A stretch of DNA of 64,000 bases, taken from the NCBI GenBank assembly GCA_013239625.1, contig MU056000.1, positions 13,157,175 to 13,221,174 of the forward strand. Direction: 5' to 3'. A program made the position numbers and the translations under genes. Positions 1-13,130 of the stretch are shown here, piece by piece (the stretch's first letter is position 1; each line of letters begins with the position of its first letter). This DNA is from Lama guanicoe. Taxonomy: Eukaryota. The notes under the pieces were generated by a model. That model was not told the DNA's origin and searched no databases. It worked only from the letters and a program-made list of their open reading frames with translations.

Positions 1-2394
1 AGGGTCTTTCTAAAGAATGAATGTGATTTCAATACCAGAAGAAATAACATCCAAAGTGGATTTTGTAAAAATACAGTCTCCACTTAAAATTATTTCCGTC
101 TATCAAAAGGAGCTAGAAAAATTTTCGAGATTTTTTTGGTTTGATTATTTGATTTTTTTTTTTTTTGCTTTTTTGTTTGTGGTGGTGGTGGGTAAGATGG
201 AGTCATTTTTCTTCCTCATTTTTTCTTCATCTCTCTATGTTTAACTTAAAAACAAAAATCACACACACGAAAGATTTGGACAACAAAAATAAAACCTTTA
301 TTCCAGTGATAAGCTACAAATCAGAAATGCTATGTTTGAAAACTAATGTACAAGAAGTTTCTTGGTCTGTATCTGAAGTTCTGTAGGCCAAAGACTGTTT
401 ATTATGATTACTTTCTCACTTTTTTTTTTTTTTTTAGCTGACAGAGAGCTGATTGGCTCATGTAATTTTTCCTCCACCTACACTTAAATTCTGAATCTGG
501 TCAGGGAGGCACTGCACATTTTCTGTAACACCCTGCTGGTAATTGAAGAATTGAAGCATGCTACACCTGAGCGAAGAGCCCCGGAGCCTTGAGCCAGCTG
601 TCATCATCCCGCCTATGCTGGGTGAATTGTCCCTCTATTTGGAAGCTATATTTCAAAGATTGTGCCTTGGATGTAGGTAGTATCTGATCAAAGACAAATG
701 GAGCATCCTAAAGGAAAAAGGCATACCCAGTGTACCATTTACTGTAACAGATTTCCAGCCTTTTTCTCTGGGTATTTTTCAGGAAATAGCAGATCCTCAA
801 AAAAAAAAAAAAATCCCATATAAAGTAAGTAATAATGAGAATGAAGGCAGCATGGGACCTTGATGGATAATGCTAATATTTAATAACATATTAACTGGAA
901 AATTTTTAAAAAGCAGGAAATAAGACACTAAACTAAGTACTATGAAATCGAGTAGAAAAAAAATTGAACAAATATATTTTGGAGATCATCACAAGGAAAT
1001 TACTAAAATAAGATCCAAAATTGAATCTTAAAAAGAGAATTTGTCTCTAAAGTCCAGGAGTCTTTCAAAGGGGGGAAGTGCTCATCCAGAGGAGGCACTC
1101 AATTTCCGTGTCCTCAACTTTCATGTCTACTGCTTCCTGAATTCTCTACTTCTCTGACTCTCTCTCTCCCTCAGACTCATTGCATCCAGGAAATGTTCTT
1201 ACACTTTGGTTTTTTTTTTTTTCTCCTGAGTCTGCAAGGTCAATCTTTAAAGTATGGGTTAGATATACAATATAATTATCAAGTTTTGATTTGCGGATTT
1301 TTCCTGTTGTGCAGTAAACTACAACCCCCTAGGCACCTGTTTTTCTGCTCCCCTTAGTTACCACTGGCTGAGCATCTTTGGGAATCTGTGCAGTCAATGG
1401 CCTTGCAGGAGCCTGCTTCTTTCAAGGCATCCTGAGATATCTTAATGTTGAAATATGATTGTTTCACACAAAATGCAGTTTGCAGGGTATTAGCTTTTGA
1501 GGAATGCTTTATTGCAAAACTGAAGTGTGATTATTGCTGCTGTTTTAGCCAAGAGTGCTTTTGTTTAAAGCGCCTGCTGCCCTGGTCCCTGGATGATACA
1601 TATTTATACAGTGTTCCGTAAACTTTAAGAAAAGAGCAGTGTTTTCATGAAATACATTTAACCAGGCTTTGTTGCTTCTGGGAAGGAAATTAGGGTATCA
1701 TCTGTGATTCTCTTCACATGAAAGCAGAAAGTGCAAAGGATAATCTTTGTTTGATACGGAGTATGATAATAATTGTTTTCCGAAACCAAAGTGTTTGAGT
1801 CTGCTAAGAGACTCTTGAAAAATGGGAATAAATATGTTAATGTTTGTAGAAACAGCTTGTGCTCTAATAAAAAAAAAAGAAATTCTTGAAAATGTTATAA
1901 ACTTGCTTTTGAAAAAGAAACCCTGAATAACTAGTTCAAGTTCAAGAGTTATTAAATATTTCCATGAAAAATTAATGGACAAATGCTTGTATACATGCAT
2001 GTTGAAATTTTTATATTATAATAACAGCTAAGAGAAAATTTTTATAACAAATCACAAAACTATTAAGATTAAGATATGGTTGTCAAACATCCTATTCTAA
2101 TAGACCTGAAGAAATAATAAGTATCTCCAGGCACACAGATTCACATAAACATCATTTCACTTTTAGCAGAGGACCTAGACTACTGATGGAGGATACCTAT
2201 TGGAATACATAAGGCCTCACAGCAAAAATTATATAGGGCACATTTATCCATTGTTTAATTAAATTTTTACACTGAAAATGTGCAGCAAGCTCTCATCATA
2301 TCTAAAGATGGAACCTCTACTCTGTTGTACAGATAATGTCATTCCAGATACTTTATATATGAAGAGAGCTAGAATTTTGTAGAATCCCCCTTGA

Positions 2395-3217
2395 AAGTGA
2401 GTTTTGCACCCAATTCCAATGTGTTCGGGGGTATTTCCCGCCACACCAGGAAGCCATTCTGGAACACCAGCTGCGTATCTTACAATTCAACTCAGTTCTC
2501 TCACTGTCCACTTGGAGACAGCAACATCAGATCCACAGATTAAGAACTTGGTCCTACAAGACTACTTCTATCAACCACCCCTGACCCCAATTTGGATGCC
2601 AATCAAAAATCCATCTTGTCACCTGTGCTTCTGACTTACCCACTATAGATTGGAGGTTCCATCAACCTCCTTGGGTTTGGTTACTTTGCTAGAGCAGCTC
2701 ATGATCTCAGAGAAACATTGTATATACTAGGTCACCAGTTTATTATAAAAGAGTATAATTCAGGAATAGCCAGATGGAAGAGCTGCAGAGGGAAAGGAAG
2801 GGGGAAACAGCACAGGGCTTCCAAGCCCTCACCCCAAATCTCCAGGTGCTCACTAACCCAGAAGCTCTCCAAGCCCCACCCTTTTGGATTTTTTTAATGG
2901 AGGCTGCATTACACAGGCATGATCGATTAAATCATTGGCAGTGATTGAACTCAATCTCCGGCCCCTCTCCTCTCCCTGAAGGTCAAGTGATGGGACCAAA
3001 AGTCTCACCCCCCCCTCAACACCTGATTGGCTCCACTGGCAACTATCCCCAACCCTAGGTTACTGAGGAGCTTTCCAAAAGTCACCTCGTTGTCATACAA
3101 AAGACACTTTATAGCTCTTATCACTTAGGAAATTCCAAGGTTTTAGGAATTCTGCACTAGAAATGAGGACAAAGACCTCATTTCTTATATATATTTCTTA
3201 TAAATCATAATATCACA
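2395..3217 (-). mobile_element. MER21-family solo LTR (MER21B/C-like)
   Basis: Continuous resemblance to the recalled MER21 consensus (caattcaactcagttct, gtcacctgtgcttctgac, ggaaattccaagg). Ends in TATCACA at 3211-3217, which is TGTGATA on the minus strand. Left boundary approximate. Confidence 0.85.
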
Positions 3218-3289
3218 CCATATTATGAGTTTGTTTAATACTTACTTATGATAAGACTGATGCTACGCATATTTGACAAAATACTTATA

Positions 3290-3735
3290 ATTTTATTGCA
3301 TCATATTAGAGGATACAGAATATAAATGTATCTTATTACTGGTAATGTTAACCTTGATCAGTTGGTTAACATTGGGTCTTCCAGGATTCACCACTATTAC
3401 CACTTTTTTCCCTTTCCATACTTTATTTTTCAGCAATGAGTCGCTAATTACTGTCCATACTCAACCTGAGAGTTAGGAGATAAAACTTCACCTCTTGGAG
3501 AAGTCCAAGAATTTGGGGGTATATGATTAAACAATCATGGAAATTAATAAGTATTTGGGGGAGATACTTTGTGCATATAAAAATCTCCTTTTTCTCCTTA
3601 AAGTTTCACTACTAATATTAGTATTCTTCGGTTGATCTTGTCTGCAGCAACTTTCTTGACTGTTCTAATGTTAATTTTCTATTTCTCTCATCCCTTCTGT
3701 GTTTTAAAATTGGGTTTTCTCTGTAAGAACATGCA
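3290..3735 (-). mobile_element. Old L1 3' UTR fragment (L1MC4/L1MD-like)
   Basis: Matches the antisense L1MC/MD 3' end motifs gttaaccttgatcagttggttaa, tttgggggagatactttg and ttttctatttctctcatcccttct. Confidence 0.75.
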
Positions 3736-5499
3736 AATGAAATCTCCTGCCCTTTTGTAGCTTTTATTATTCCATTATACAGTCCTCTCCCTACCTCAAA
3801 ATTGTCACCTACAGAATTCCCTGTATTCTCACTCATCCAAGGATAATTTGAATGCTGTCTTCTTGTCCACTCCTATTTCTGTCAAAGCTGTTAGAGACTC
3901 AGAGTCTACTGTTTGATCCACTTAATGCCTTGGAACCTCAATTTCCTGACTTTTTCACACTTACTTTGTTCATTTGTTCCCAGGATCATGCCTTAGGCTA
4001 GAGCTCACCTTCAGATGACCTTAGGAACATGCCAGGTAAGATAAAACACAGAAAAATCAGGTCTCAGACCAAAGGAATTTGAGGGAACTGCAATAAACAG
4101 GAGATAACAGCCTAAAAGAATAAAATTCCAATTTCTTGTTTATTTACTGAAGCCAAACAAATCCAAGCACCTCTCCAGGTTGCTGTCATTCTTATTGTCA
4201 CCAGTTTGTGCATTTTGACTGAGAGCAATAACTTATGAAAACACTTACTTCAAATATCATATCCATTGACCTCTGCCTTTTGTTTTTTCAGTCTCCTCGC
4301 TCTTATACTCTTATAGGTAGAACCATTGAACTTCAGTGAGGCTTCCTATCTATTCAGTACCCTGATCCCACTAACCACACACTCCTTCTAAACTCACCTC
4401 TCTATCTAGTTTAGACCCCGCGGTCCATTTCTAAATTGCATTCTTCAAAATATAAATAATCCCTGTGTTTCTCTCTCCATCTCAGACAACTGGGGACACT
4501 TCAGTGACAGTTGAACGCATGTATCTATTCTTTTTCCTATGTGACCTGAAAGAACAAAATGTTCACACTAGCTCTGCTTTAAGTTGAACTGCACAAACCC
4601 CAAATAATGGTACCTCACCCTGGCCATTTTCAGTTGGATGGCCTAGTAGGTTATGCTTTGATTTTCCTGGGATAGCAGAATTGAATTTCTCCTCCTCAAG
4701 CTTCCTACTCCTGCGATCCAACTGTGTGGAAGTTCCCTTCACCTTACTTCCTGTAAAACATTCTCCCTGATTTTGTCAAAACTTTAACTCTTTCCATTAG
4801 GGCTTCTTTCCACAAACATTATCAATTTCCTATTCTACCATGTAATTTCTCACCACTATTTCCCAACCTTCTTTTCTCTGTGCATTACTTTCCCTACTAA
4901 GGGCATCACAAAAAGCCTTGTTGGTCAACACCAAAGTCTAAGAATCATAAACAATTATGATCATTCTGTAACATCCCAAATACAATCTCAGTAAGTTTTA
5001 TAAAATTATTCAAACATATTTTGTGTATAGTCAAGATCTCAGCGCTTACACTGTTACCCACCTAGTTCAAGAAAACATCATCTCTCAGAGAACTACAATG
5101 CTAGTTATTGATAGGCTGAGACTGACATGAAACACCATGATTTTCATTTCAGATTAAATATTAGTTCACTAATAAAAGTTTTCAAAACTCTTCAAGCTAA
5201 AGCAACCTCTATCCTCTACCGTAGGAGTTGTCTACTATATTAAGATGTCTTATTTTTCTATTTTAGCACTTTTAAATTTATTTATTATTTATAAATACAT
5301 TGTTTTTGCCACCTCTTTAAAATATGCTCTGTGATGTCAGAGACTTGCCATCGAGGAAGCCTCAAAACCTGGAGTAAGTTAGTAGAAAAATTAATAAATT
5401 TGTTAATCTCATTAACATGAAAGCATGCTACCAGTTAACAGTCAGCCCCATGAAGTGGAAAAAAAAATAATAATCAAAGCGCTCTCCTGTCTTTTGATA

Positions 5500-5896
5500 A
5501 ATGACTTAAAATTAGACAAAAAATGCAGATCTGGCCAATAGAACATGAGGGAAAGTCTATCCTGGAATGTCTTGGAAAAGTTACTTGCTTTCCTAAAAGA
5601 GACTCAGGAGAGGCATGGCTCTATGTGGAGGTGATGTACTTCGAAGGGTCCCAGTTCAGCTGCAGATACAGGGAGAGTGGTTCACCTGCTGAGGTTTTCT
5701 GGACAAAGAGCTGTAAAGAATTCAAGTCTCTGATGTTTGATCCACTATTTACCGCTCTGTAGACATCTTCCTTCTGGGATTCCTGTTTTATAGTAATGTC
5801 TCCTTTAACACACAAACTTTTAAAAAGTTTTCTTTGTGTTAAATTTTTATAGTTGGCTTTTCTGTTACCAGCAGCCCAAAGCATCATAACAAATAT
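5500..5896 (+). mobile_element. Old MaLR LTR (MLT1I/J-like)
   Basis: Contains tctggccaat...gaggg and the 3' terminus ttttctgttaccagcagcccaaagcatcataacaaata, typical of MLT1J-class ends. Confidence 0.65.
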
Positions 5897-5959
5897 AAAC
5901 TCTTTTTTTTTTTTTTGCTCCCTTTCACAGCAAAGCTCTTCCAAAATTTGTACTCTTTT

Positions 5960-6180
5960 GTTATGCTAATACCTCACTTTTAGTTCATTTTTCAACCCAC
6001 CACAATCTGATTTCCCTCCTTACTGCAGAAGAGGTGCCTACATATTACATGGTCATCAATGACCTCTATGTTACCAGTTTCAGGAAAGAATATTGTATTC
6101 CCATTACATCGTAAATGTCAGAAGATAGCACAGATGTGTATCTTCCCTTTGTTTGAATTCTTGATTCCTTTGATAATCAG
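5960..6180 (+). mobile_element. L2 fragment (decayed)
   Basis: ggtcatcaatgacctctatgttacca resembles the L2 motif ggtcaccaatgacctccatgttgcca. Further weak L2-like sequence lies at about 3.9-5.35 kb. Confidence 0.5.
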
Positions 6181-7000
6181 CGAGCCCCCCTTTTTAGAGT
6201 TGGATCATTTAAATGTTTTGCTTAAAGGTGAAATATTAAAATTACTTCTTTCTTGTGTATTTTTTCTTTGCAGTGTAACTCTTGCATGATGTTCAAGAAA
6301 TACGCTAAACAGATCAGAATTTCCTACCGTCTCTCTTCCCAGATGCTAATCCAGCATGCAATACCCTTTCCACATCACTGCTTAAAGTGTGCTTATTACC
6401 TAATTTTTTAATTAGAGATATTATGGGTAGCACTAGTTTGCTGGGTATTTCAGATCACTAGCATATAATTATACAGCTGCATTTAAAATTAAATAATATG
6501 CATATGAATAAGTTTTGATTTATCATTTTAGAATCTCTTAATATCTTTAAATTAACATCAAACTAAGATAATCCAGGATTAAAACTCAATACTGCAAATC
6601 ACTTGTGTGTGTTTGTGTGCGTGCCAATGTTCCAGTTCACATAATTTATAACCAGAAAAATTGTTGGACTAAATTTTGGTATATGGAAGTTGTGAACACA
6701 TGAATTTAAATTTTGCCAAGGTGATAGTTATAAATGTTAAGAATCATAGTTTTTAAATGTGTCCCTGTGTCTGTGCTTATAGTAGAGCAAGGTGGTGGCT
6801 CTTAAAGGTCTTGTTTGTTGTATTGAAAGACATTGGCATCTTTTCTTGATACATTGTACTGAGGTTTTTTCCGGTATGTTTTACCTAAGAATATATGGCA
6901 GAATATATATTCTTAAAAATATACTCAGTGACTTCTACTTTGTGAACCTGTGTAAGAAATATATTCATAATGTAGAGATTCATTAAGAAAAACAAAATAA

Positions 7001-8560
7001 ACTTCCTGACTCTCACCCAGCATGTAAAGAGCTCGAAAGTCATCATCCCGTCCAAACAACAGTAAGAAGTGAGACAAACTGGAAGTCAGCAAGTTTTTTC
7101 ACACCTGTCACAGAACCGAGATCGCAGGATAAATAGCTGGCACCCAGATTGGAGTGACAGGCAGGCAGATACAGAGATTCACAGTTTGCCTGAGCAGAAA
7201 CCCATGAAAAGAAACCTCTGTGAGAACCAATCTCCTGGGGTCAGAAAAGCTAATCTGTATTTGTAGGACAGCTGTAGACTCACTGAAGAAGTCTGAGAGG
7301 TAAAACCCCCATAGTGGCCACTCTTAGGAGTTCCCCACAATTGTGTCCGTTTTACCTCGAGGAGCCTTACCAGATTTTTGCAGTAAAGATCAGAGGGGAG
7401 CTCCCTCAAGTTTGCATCACGGAGCGGGAAAAGCCAGGGCATTCTGCTCTTCTTAGTAGGCATGCCCGCAGCAGAACCCATTTCACTAGTTCCTGAACTA
7501 AAGGGTTTGATCAGAACCTGATCAGCCTGGGAAAGGGGAAGTACCCAGCTCCAGCCTCTTCTAGTCATCCTACCCCACTGAAGGCTGAGAAGCGTTTGTG
7601 ACGTTCACAGCGCAGGGGTGCAGGCTCACAGGACTGAGGCCCAACCACAGGATGACAGAAGGCTTCTCCTCCCAGCAGACCATACGACACTAGAGGCCTA
7701 TTTACCAGAGGTCCTTTTACCCAGTACATCATGTACAGCTATCATGAAAAAATAACAAGGCGTATTAAAAGACCAAGAAAAAAAAAAACTCCCATAATTT
7801 GAAGAGGCAGAGCAAGAATCAGAACCATATTTAGAAATGGCAGTGACGTTGGAATTATCCAACCAGGAATTTAAAATAACCACGTTTAATATGCTAAGGG
7901 CTATAACGAAAAAAGTAGATAACACGGAATAACATATGTTCAATGTACGTGGAGAAATGGAAATTCTAAGATAAAGTCAAAAAGAAATGATAGAAATGAA
8001 ACACACTGTAATAGGTGGGACACTGCTGAGGAAAGAATCTGAATTTGAGTGTAGGTAAATAGAAACTTCCAAACAAAAAAGTAAAGAGAAAAAATACTGA
8101 AAAACAAACAAAACCCCCAGAATATCCAAGAAAGGTGGGACAACTACAAACAGTGGAACACATGCATAACACTGTTACCAGAAGGAGACGAAGGATAAAT
8201 GAGGCAATGTTTGAAGTGATAATAACTGAGCATCTCCAAAAATTAAGGGCATCAATAAAAAGACAGAGATAGTCATAGCAGATTAAAAAAAATAATAGAA
8301 CAAGATACACGTTGTCTACAGGAAACCTTCTTTAAATATAAAAACACATGTGTATTAAGAGTAAGTGGGTGAAGAAGGATAAACCATGCTAACACTAATT
8401 AAAAGAAAGCTGGAATAGCTACACAAATTTTAGACAGAGCCGACTTCAGATCAGGAGAACTATCGGGGAAAGATGGCGTTGCATAATGAGGTGGGTCCGT
8501 TCTCCAAGAACACACAGCAATCCACAACGTGTACATGCCTAAAACAGAGTCAAATACGTA
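7001..8560 (+). mobile_element. Old L1 (L1MC/L1MD-class) 5' UTR, ORF1 remnant and ORF2 endonuclease start, internally deleted
   Basis: L1M-type 5' UTR followed by A-rich ORF1-like sequence. From ~8305 the nucleotides match the EN motifs CLQET, HAN..KKAG.A and NVY.P (gttgtctacaggaaacc, catgctaacactaattaaaagaaagctggaatagcta, aacgtgtacatgcct). Frameshifted. Confidence 0.85.
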
Positions 8561-8689
8561 TTATGTGGGTGCATATTTAATGATTCCCTTAAAAGTATTA
8601 CAGTATACTCAGAAAGATAAATAGATAGGTATTGTATGTATTATCTCACATATGTATGAATATGTGTTTAAAATGTATTTTGTAAACTT

Positions 8690-8990
8690 AAGAATAAGTG
8701 TATTATATATGTCTTTAATAATTTATGAATAAAAGAAAGCCTTTTTAGCGTCATCTTGAACACTCATCTCTAACTAATATCTGACGATTTTAATGCAGAA
8801 GTAGGCATTCCAGTAAAATCAGGAACTCACAAGGATTTTCATCATTATCAGTCTCATTTAAGAACTCTAAATTTTGAAAACAATGCGATCAGAATCTAAC
8901 ATAAAATAATAGAAAAAAACTCACTGAATTAAAGAGTAACAGATTCTATTTTTGAGCCTGCATATTTACAAGGATATATATTTAAAAAAA
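8690..8990 (+). mobile_element. Very decayed L1ME-like ORF2 (RT region) fragment
   Basis: aaaatcaggaactcacaaggatt resembles the SGTRQGC-coding segment of L1 ORF2. Confidence 0.45.
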
Positions 8991-9739
8991 AAACTAAGTG
9001 AAGAATCTGAACGATAACATGCATACTTGGAGAACACCCACATAATAATATTGTGTTATAATTTGAAAATGAAGAAAGGAGAGAATCCAATGCCTGTTTT
9101 GATTGCATGTTAGAAAATATTACAAGTTTGAAATTGGCATGATAATAAATAGAAAAAAATCAACAGACTATGTAAGGGAAGCATAAAAAGAAAAAGAGAA
9201 AATTGAAACAGTAAATGATAAATTTATCTTACAAAACGATGTGAAGTAGATATTTAGCAAATGGACCAAATACAATTTTTGAACACCCAAGGAATATGGT
9301 AAATCATTAGAAGATGTGGTCATATGGAAGTCAACCACAGCATGCACAACTGAAAAAGTATCTGCAGTGACTCTCTCTTCCTCTTTCTTGGGAACCATAT
9401 GGTCACTTATGTCTGCTCTCCAAACACATTTACTCCACATCTCTCTCTGCATCACAGCTTCTACTCCCTCAAAATTTCACTCTTCTGAAATGTTCGTTTG
9501 ACTAGTCATCTTGATGGCTACATGCTGTCTCCAGGCCTAGCACTACAAATTTGCAACTTGGCTTGTAAAACTTGCAATATCTTCTTGATTTGTTAAAAAA
9601 TATTTCATAAAAAAATAGATATGATGGTTTCTCCTTGAGGTGGCATCGTATATTAGACATCTGACCCCTAAATGAATGCTTTCTGCAATGTCTATTGGTG
9701 GAGAGAAAGTAGTTCCTACAGAGAAGGGACTTGAGTTGA

Positions 9740-10090
9740 AAAATAGAGCAAGCACTATTAATTCCCTAAATGATATCCCATTCTTCTCTTTTACCACAGT
9801 GAACAAATTCTAATTTTGTTTGGGGGTAGCAATGAAAATAAACTTATCTTTTTATTCTTTGCAGATAGCAATGGGCACAGGGCATATTTTTGCCTGATAT
9901 AAAGAAGATGTACTGGAGGTTTGGCCCTTCTGGGTCTTCAACTTAGATCTTCAATGACTATTTGAACAATTATACCATCTTGGAACGACCTGCCTAGACT
10001 TTCAGGGCTTCAAATAAACTCTATTTTGAATTTCAAGCAAGCTATATTTGGATTTGACATATGTAGTCAGATAGAGAATGCCTTAAAACA
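9740..10090 (+). mobile_element. Old MaLR LTR (MLT1J/K-like), decayed
   Basis: atatcccattcttctctttt...aattttgtttgggg and aaataaactctattttg are MLT1J-type motifs. Confidence 0.45.
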
Positions 10091-10179
10091 TTTCTACTAC
10101 ATTTCACATCACTCCCCATTAAAACGTGGGACCTTAGGTTCATGCATATATTCCTCAAAATCCCTGCCCATCCTGATCA

Positions 10180-11100
10180 ACTCGGTCATGTGTAGTCACT
10201 AGAGCCGTCAGACTTTCGGAACTGGAGGGAACACGCTATCTTATCCCCCTGTTGCGTACAGGTGAGATGTCGTGGGGCCATTTCTTTCAGATTTCCCAGT
10301 ACTCAGAACACCGTTACCATCACAATCAGATGTACACAATTCCCATCTTGCTCTCTGTTGATTAAATGATGTCAACATGCTACATGTGTAACAGTGATGA
10401 AAAATAAGCCTATAGTAATAAGTAGACAAACAAAAACAAAATGAAATGTGGAATACATAGAATTCGCCAGAATATGACTGTACTGCAAGAGACCATTTCT
10501 GCGAGAGAGAGAGATGCCACTTCCTCTGAGCTGGTGAACTACAGGTGTGGCACAACCTTTGAGGAAAGCCACTTATGATAGGGTGTCAGGTAAATTGTGA
10601 ACTACACACTAGAACAGCTTTCACGTATTTACCAGTTAATGAACTAATTTCCATATTCAGAGATTTCGCTATGACAACGAATGTCTGCTAAGAGGATGCC
10701 CCTTCTCAACAATCTCAACCAATTAGGCATCCACTCTCATAATATGTGCTGTAGCAAGACATTTTAAGCAAAGCACCGCTGACTTCCTTAGTCGGCAGGC
10801 AGAAAATTCTGCAAGAATAAGACTGCCTGCTGTGATGTTTGAACAGACAGAGATGCCCCTAACAGACCATGGGTTCTCCTGGCGATAGGACCTTCCTGAC
10901 GCTTCAGTGAAATTTTTATTCGACTTGGGAACCAATGGTAAAGCCAGGAGCTGGTGTGATCCTGCGATTTTCCATTTGCTTCAGCAATCCTCAGCACAGC
11001 TAGACAGCCTGTTCTAAACAGCTGCGTCTGGTGCAGAAGAAAAATGACGGATGGGCTTCCGTTGCTTAGAAACAACATAGCACGGGGCTCCATCTTCCAG
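10180..11100. promoter_or_regulatory. Candidate regulatory element (CpG-retaining, RFX X-box-like motifs)
   Basis: Not recognisable as a repeat. About 22 CpG by eye in ~0.9 kb. X-box-like GTTGCTTAGAAAC (11061-11073) and TTCGCTATGACAAC (10665-10678), half-CRE TGACG (10897, 11045). Confidence 0.4.
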
Positions 11101-12279
11101 TGCTGCTGTGCCCTAAAGTCTCCTCATGTCAGGCTCCTGTTTAGAGACTGAGGACAGAGACAAGCTGCAGAGAATCTTGACACATCCCCCCCATCCTCCA
11201 TCCTTCCCCAGCTTTAGAATGAGAGTCAGTGTGCTAAGAGGTGGAAAGTTGGTTGTAGATGGAAATACCCTATAGAGACCTAAGATGCCAGAATCTCTTA
11301 TAACTCCTTCTTCACGTTCCCATTCCAACTGACAGCTCCCCTGTCTTTAAAAAAAAAATCAGTGCATGTACGTCACAAAAAGCTACTTCAACAAAGATTG
11401 TGACTACTGTCAGTCAGAAAAGTACCTGGTGAGTTTCTATACAAAATCCAGTCATCCCACCTTAATAGTTTCACTGTCTGCTTTAGACAAACGGGATTTT
11501 ATAATTTTGCTTAATTATCCTCTTTTACTTATGAACTTTCAGCAGGGAACGCAGGACAACTTTTGTCTCTTTTGAAGTCCAGCAAAAACGACACACAGGG
11601 TCATAGATACTTCTCTTTGGCTACAAATCTTGTCAATCTCTCCCCTTCATTGGGCATGAGCCACAAAGTGATGGAATCAATTTATAATTGAGCTCTTTGC
11701 TCATCACAAAACATAGAATAGATTCATTGCAACAAGTCTGAGGAAATTTTCACTGTCTCACTCCACTGTGATCCATTACTCCAAATTCACAAGCGTTAGG
11801 AGATCTCGAGCGTGTACGTTTCTCCAGCTTCACTGAAAAGGAATACGTATTTGGACAACGGGAGATCGTGGTTTGCTGTTTCCTCCTGGGCTCTGTTCCA
11901 CTATACATTTATCTCTCCTAAGGCTTTGAAGGAAGAGTATACCCGTTTGGGGTTCTACATGGCATTTAATTTGTTCTGAGAACACCCAGTTCTATACCAT
12001 GTAGTGATCATGCTTGTTCATTGGGGAAGAGCTGATCTGATAGCAGCAAAAACTTTAGGAAATGGAGGATTGCTGGACAAGCATGCAAAGTATGGTTACG
12101 TCAACTATGCACTTAGCACTGAAAAAACTACTCATCAGCCTAAAATTTTTCATCCAATTATATATATATTTTTAAAAAATGAAGATGAATTAAGGTCATG
12201 CTAAATGTAAATAGCTACGTTATTCTCTACTATACATCTAGCAGACTAAATGTTACTGGACGTAACTGCTGTGGAGGAA

Positions 12280-13130
12280 GAATTGATGTCATGGGGAAAC
12301 TGGATCCACCCACAGAAATGAACACCTGCAGAAATTGGAAATATATAGTTTAACAGTAAAGACTTTTGTTTCTCTGGTTGTAACTTCTTTATGTGTTTGC
12401 TGAGAGTAGTAATGATAATGATGAATTAGAATTTTTTAAAACAAATACTGATGACTATTTCTTATATACAAGAATGTTTATTATTTGAAGTTAGATTGTG
12501 ATGTTTTAAAATGCACATTGTAGAACGAAGAGCATCCATTAAACATTTAAAAAAAGAAATGTAGTTGATAATCCAATAAAGGAAACAAGCAGAATACTAA
12601 TCAATAATCAGTTTCATCCAAAGAAGGTAGGAAAAGAGAAGAAACAACAGAAGGGAAAATAGAAAACAAATACCAAGATGTTAGATTTAAACCCTATAAT
12701 TTCAAAAATTATATTAAATTTAAACATTCTTAAAACTAAATTTAAAATTCACGGTTTGTCAGAATAGATGAAAAATCTAGATGTGACTCTACTTTGTTAA
12801 GAAGCACACTTTGTAAATATAAAGAACACAGGAAGTTTCACAGTAAAAGAATGAAAAATAACCATCACACAAACAGCAAGCACAAGAAACCTGATGTAGG
12901 CACGTCAATAAAAGAGAAACTAGAATTCAAGACAGGAAATATTATATCTTTTAATGCTAAAAGAATCAGTTTCTAATAAGCCAGCATTATAAATGTGTTT
13001 TTCCCTAGCAACATAAAGTAAAAGCTGAAATATCTGAAAAAATATGTGGAGTTGGAATTTCAACACTTTCCTCAATAACAAACAGAAGGAAATAAAAATT
13101 TAATGAGGCAATAGAAGTTCTGAAAATTAT
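12280..13130 (+). mobile_element. Old L1ME ORF1-end/inter-ORF/ORF2-start fragment
   Basis: aagttagattgtgat...aaaatgcacattgta, aagatgttagatttaaaccc and the EN-like cacaaacagcaagcacaagaaacctgatgtag. Confidence 0.7.

Noticed and set aside
410..625. Plus-strand exon after a poly(T)-AG acceptor-like site
   Set aside because: The T-run is a simple homopolymer. No convincing donor, ORF or supporting neighbouring exons.
1083..1100. CTCF-like CCAGAGGAGGCACT
   Set aside because: One base short in the core; poor fit to the motif.
7179..7568. 129-aa minus-strand ORF
   Set aside because: Lies antisense within an old L1 5' UTR, whose higher GC makes stop-free stretches common. No recognisable homology.
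10980..11010. REST/RE1-like site (TCAGCACAGCTAGACAGCC)
   Set aside because: Both half-sites have mismatches and the spacing is one base off canonical. Not supportable without a PWM scan or ChIP.
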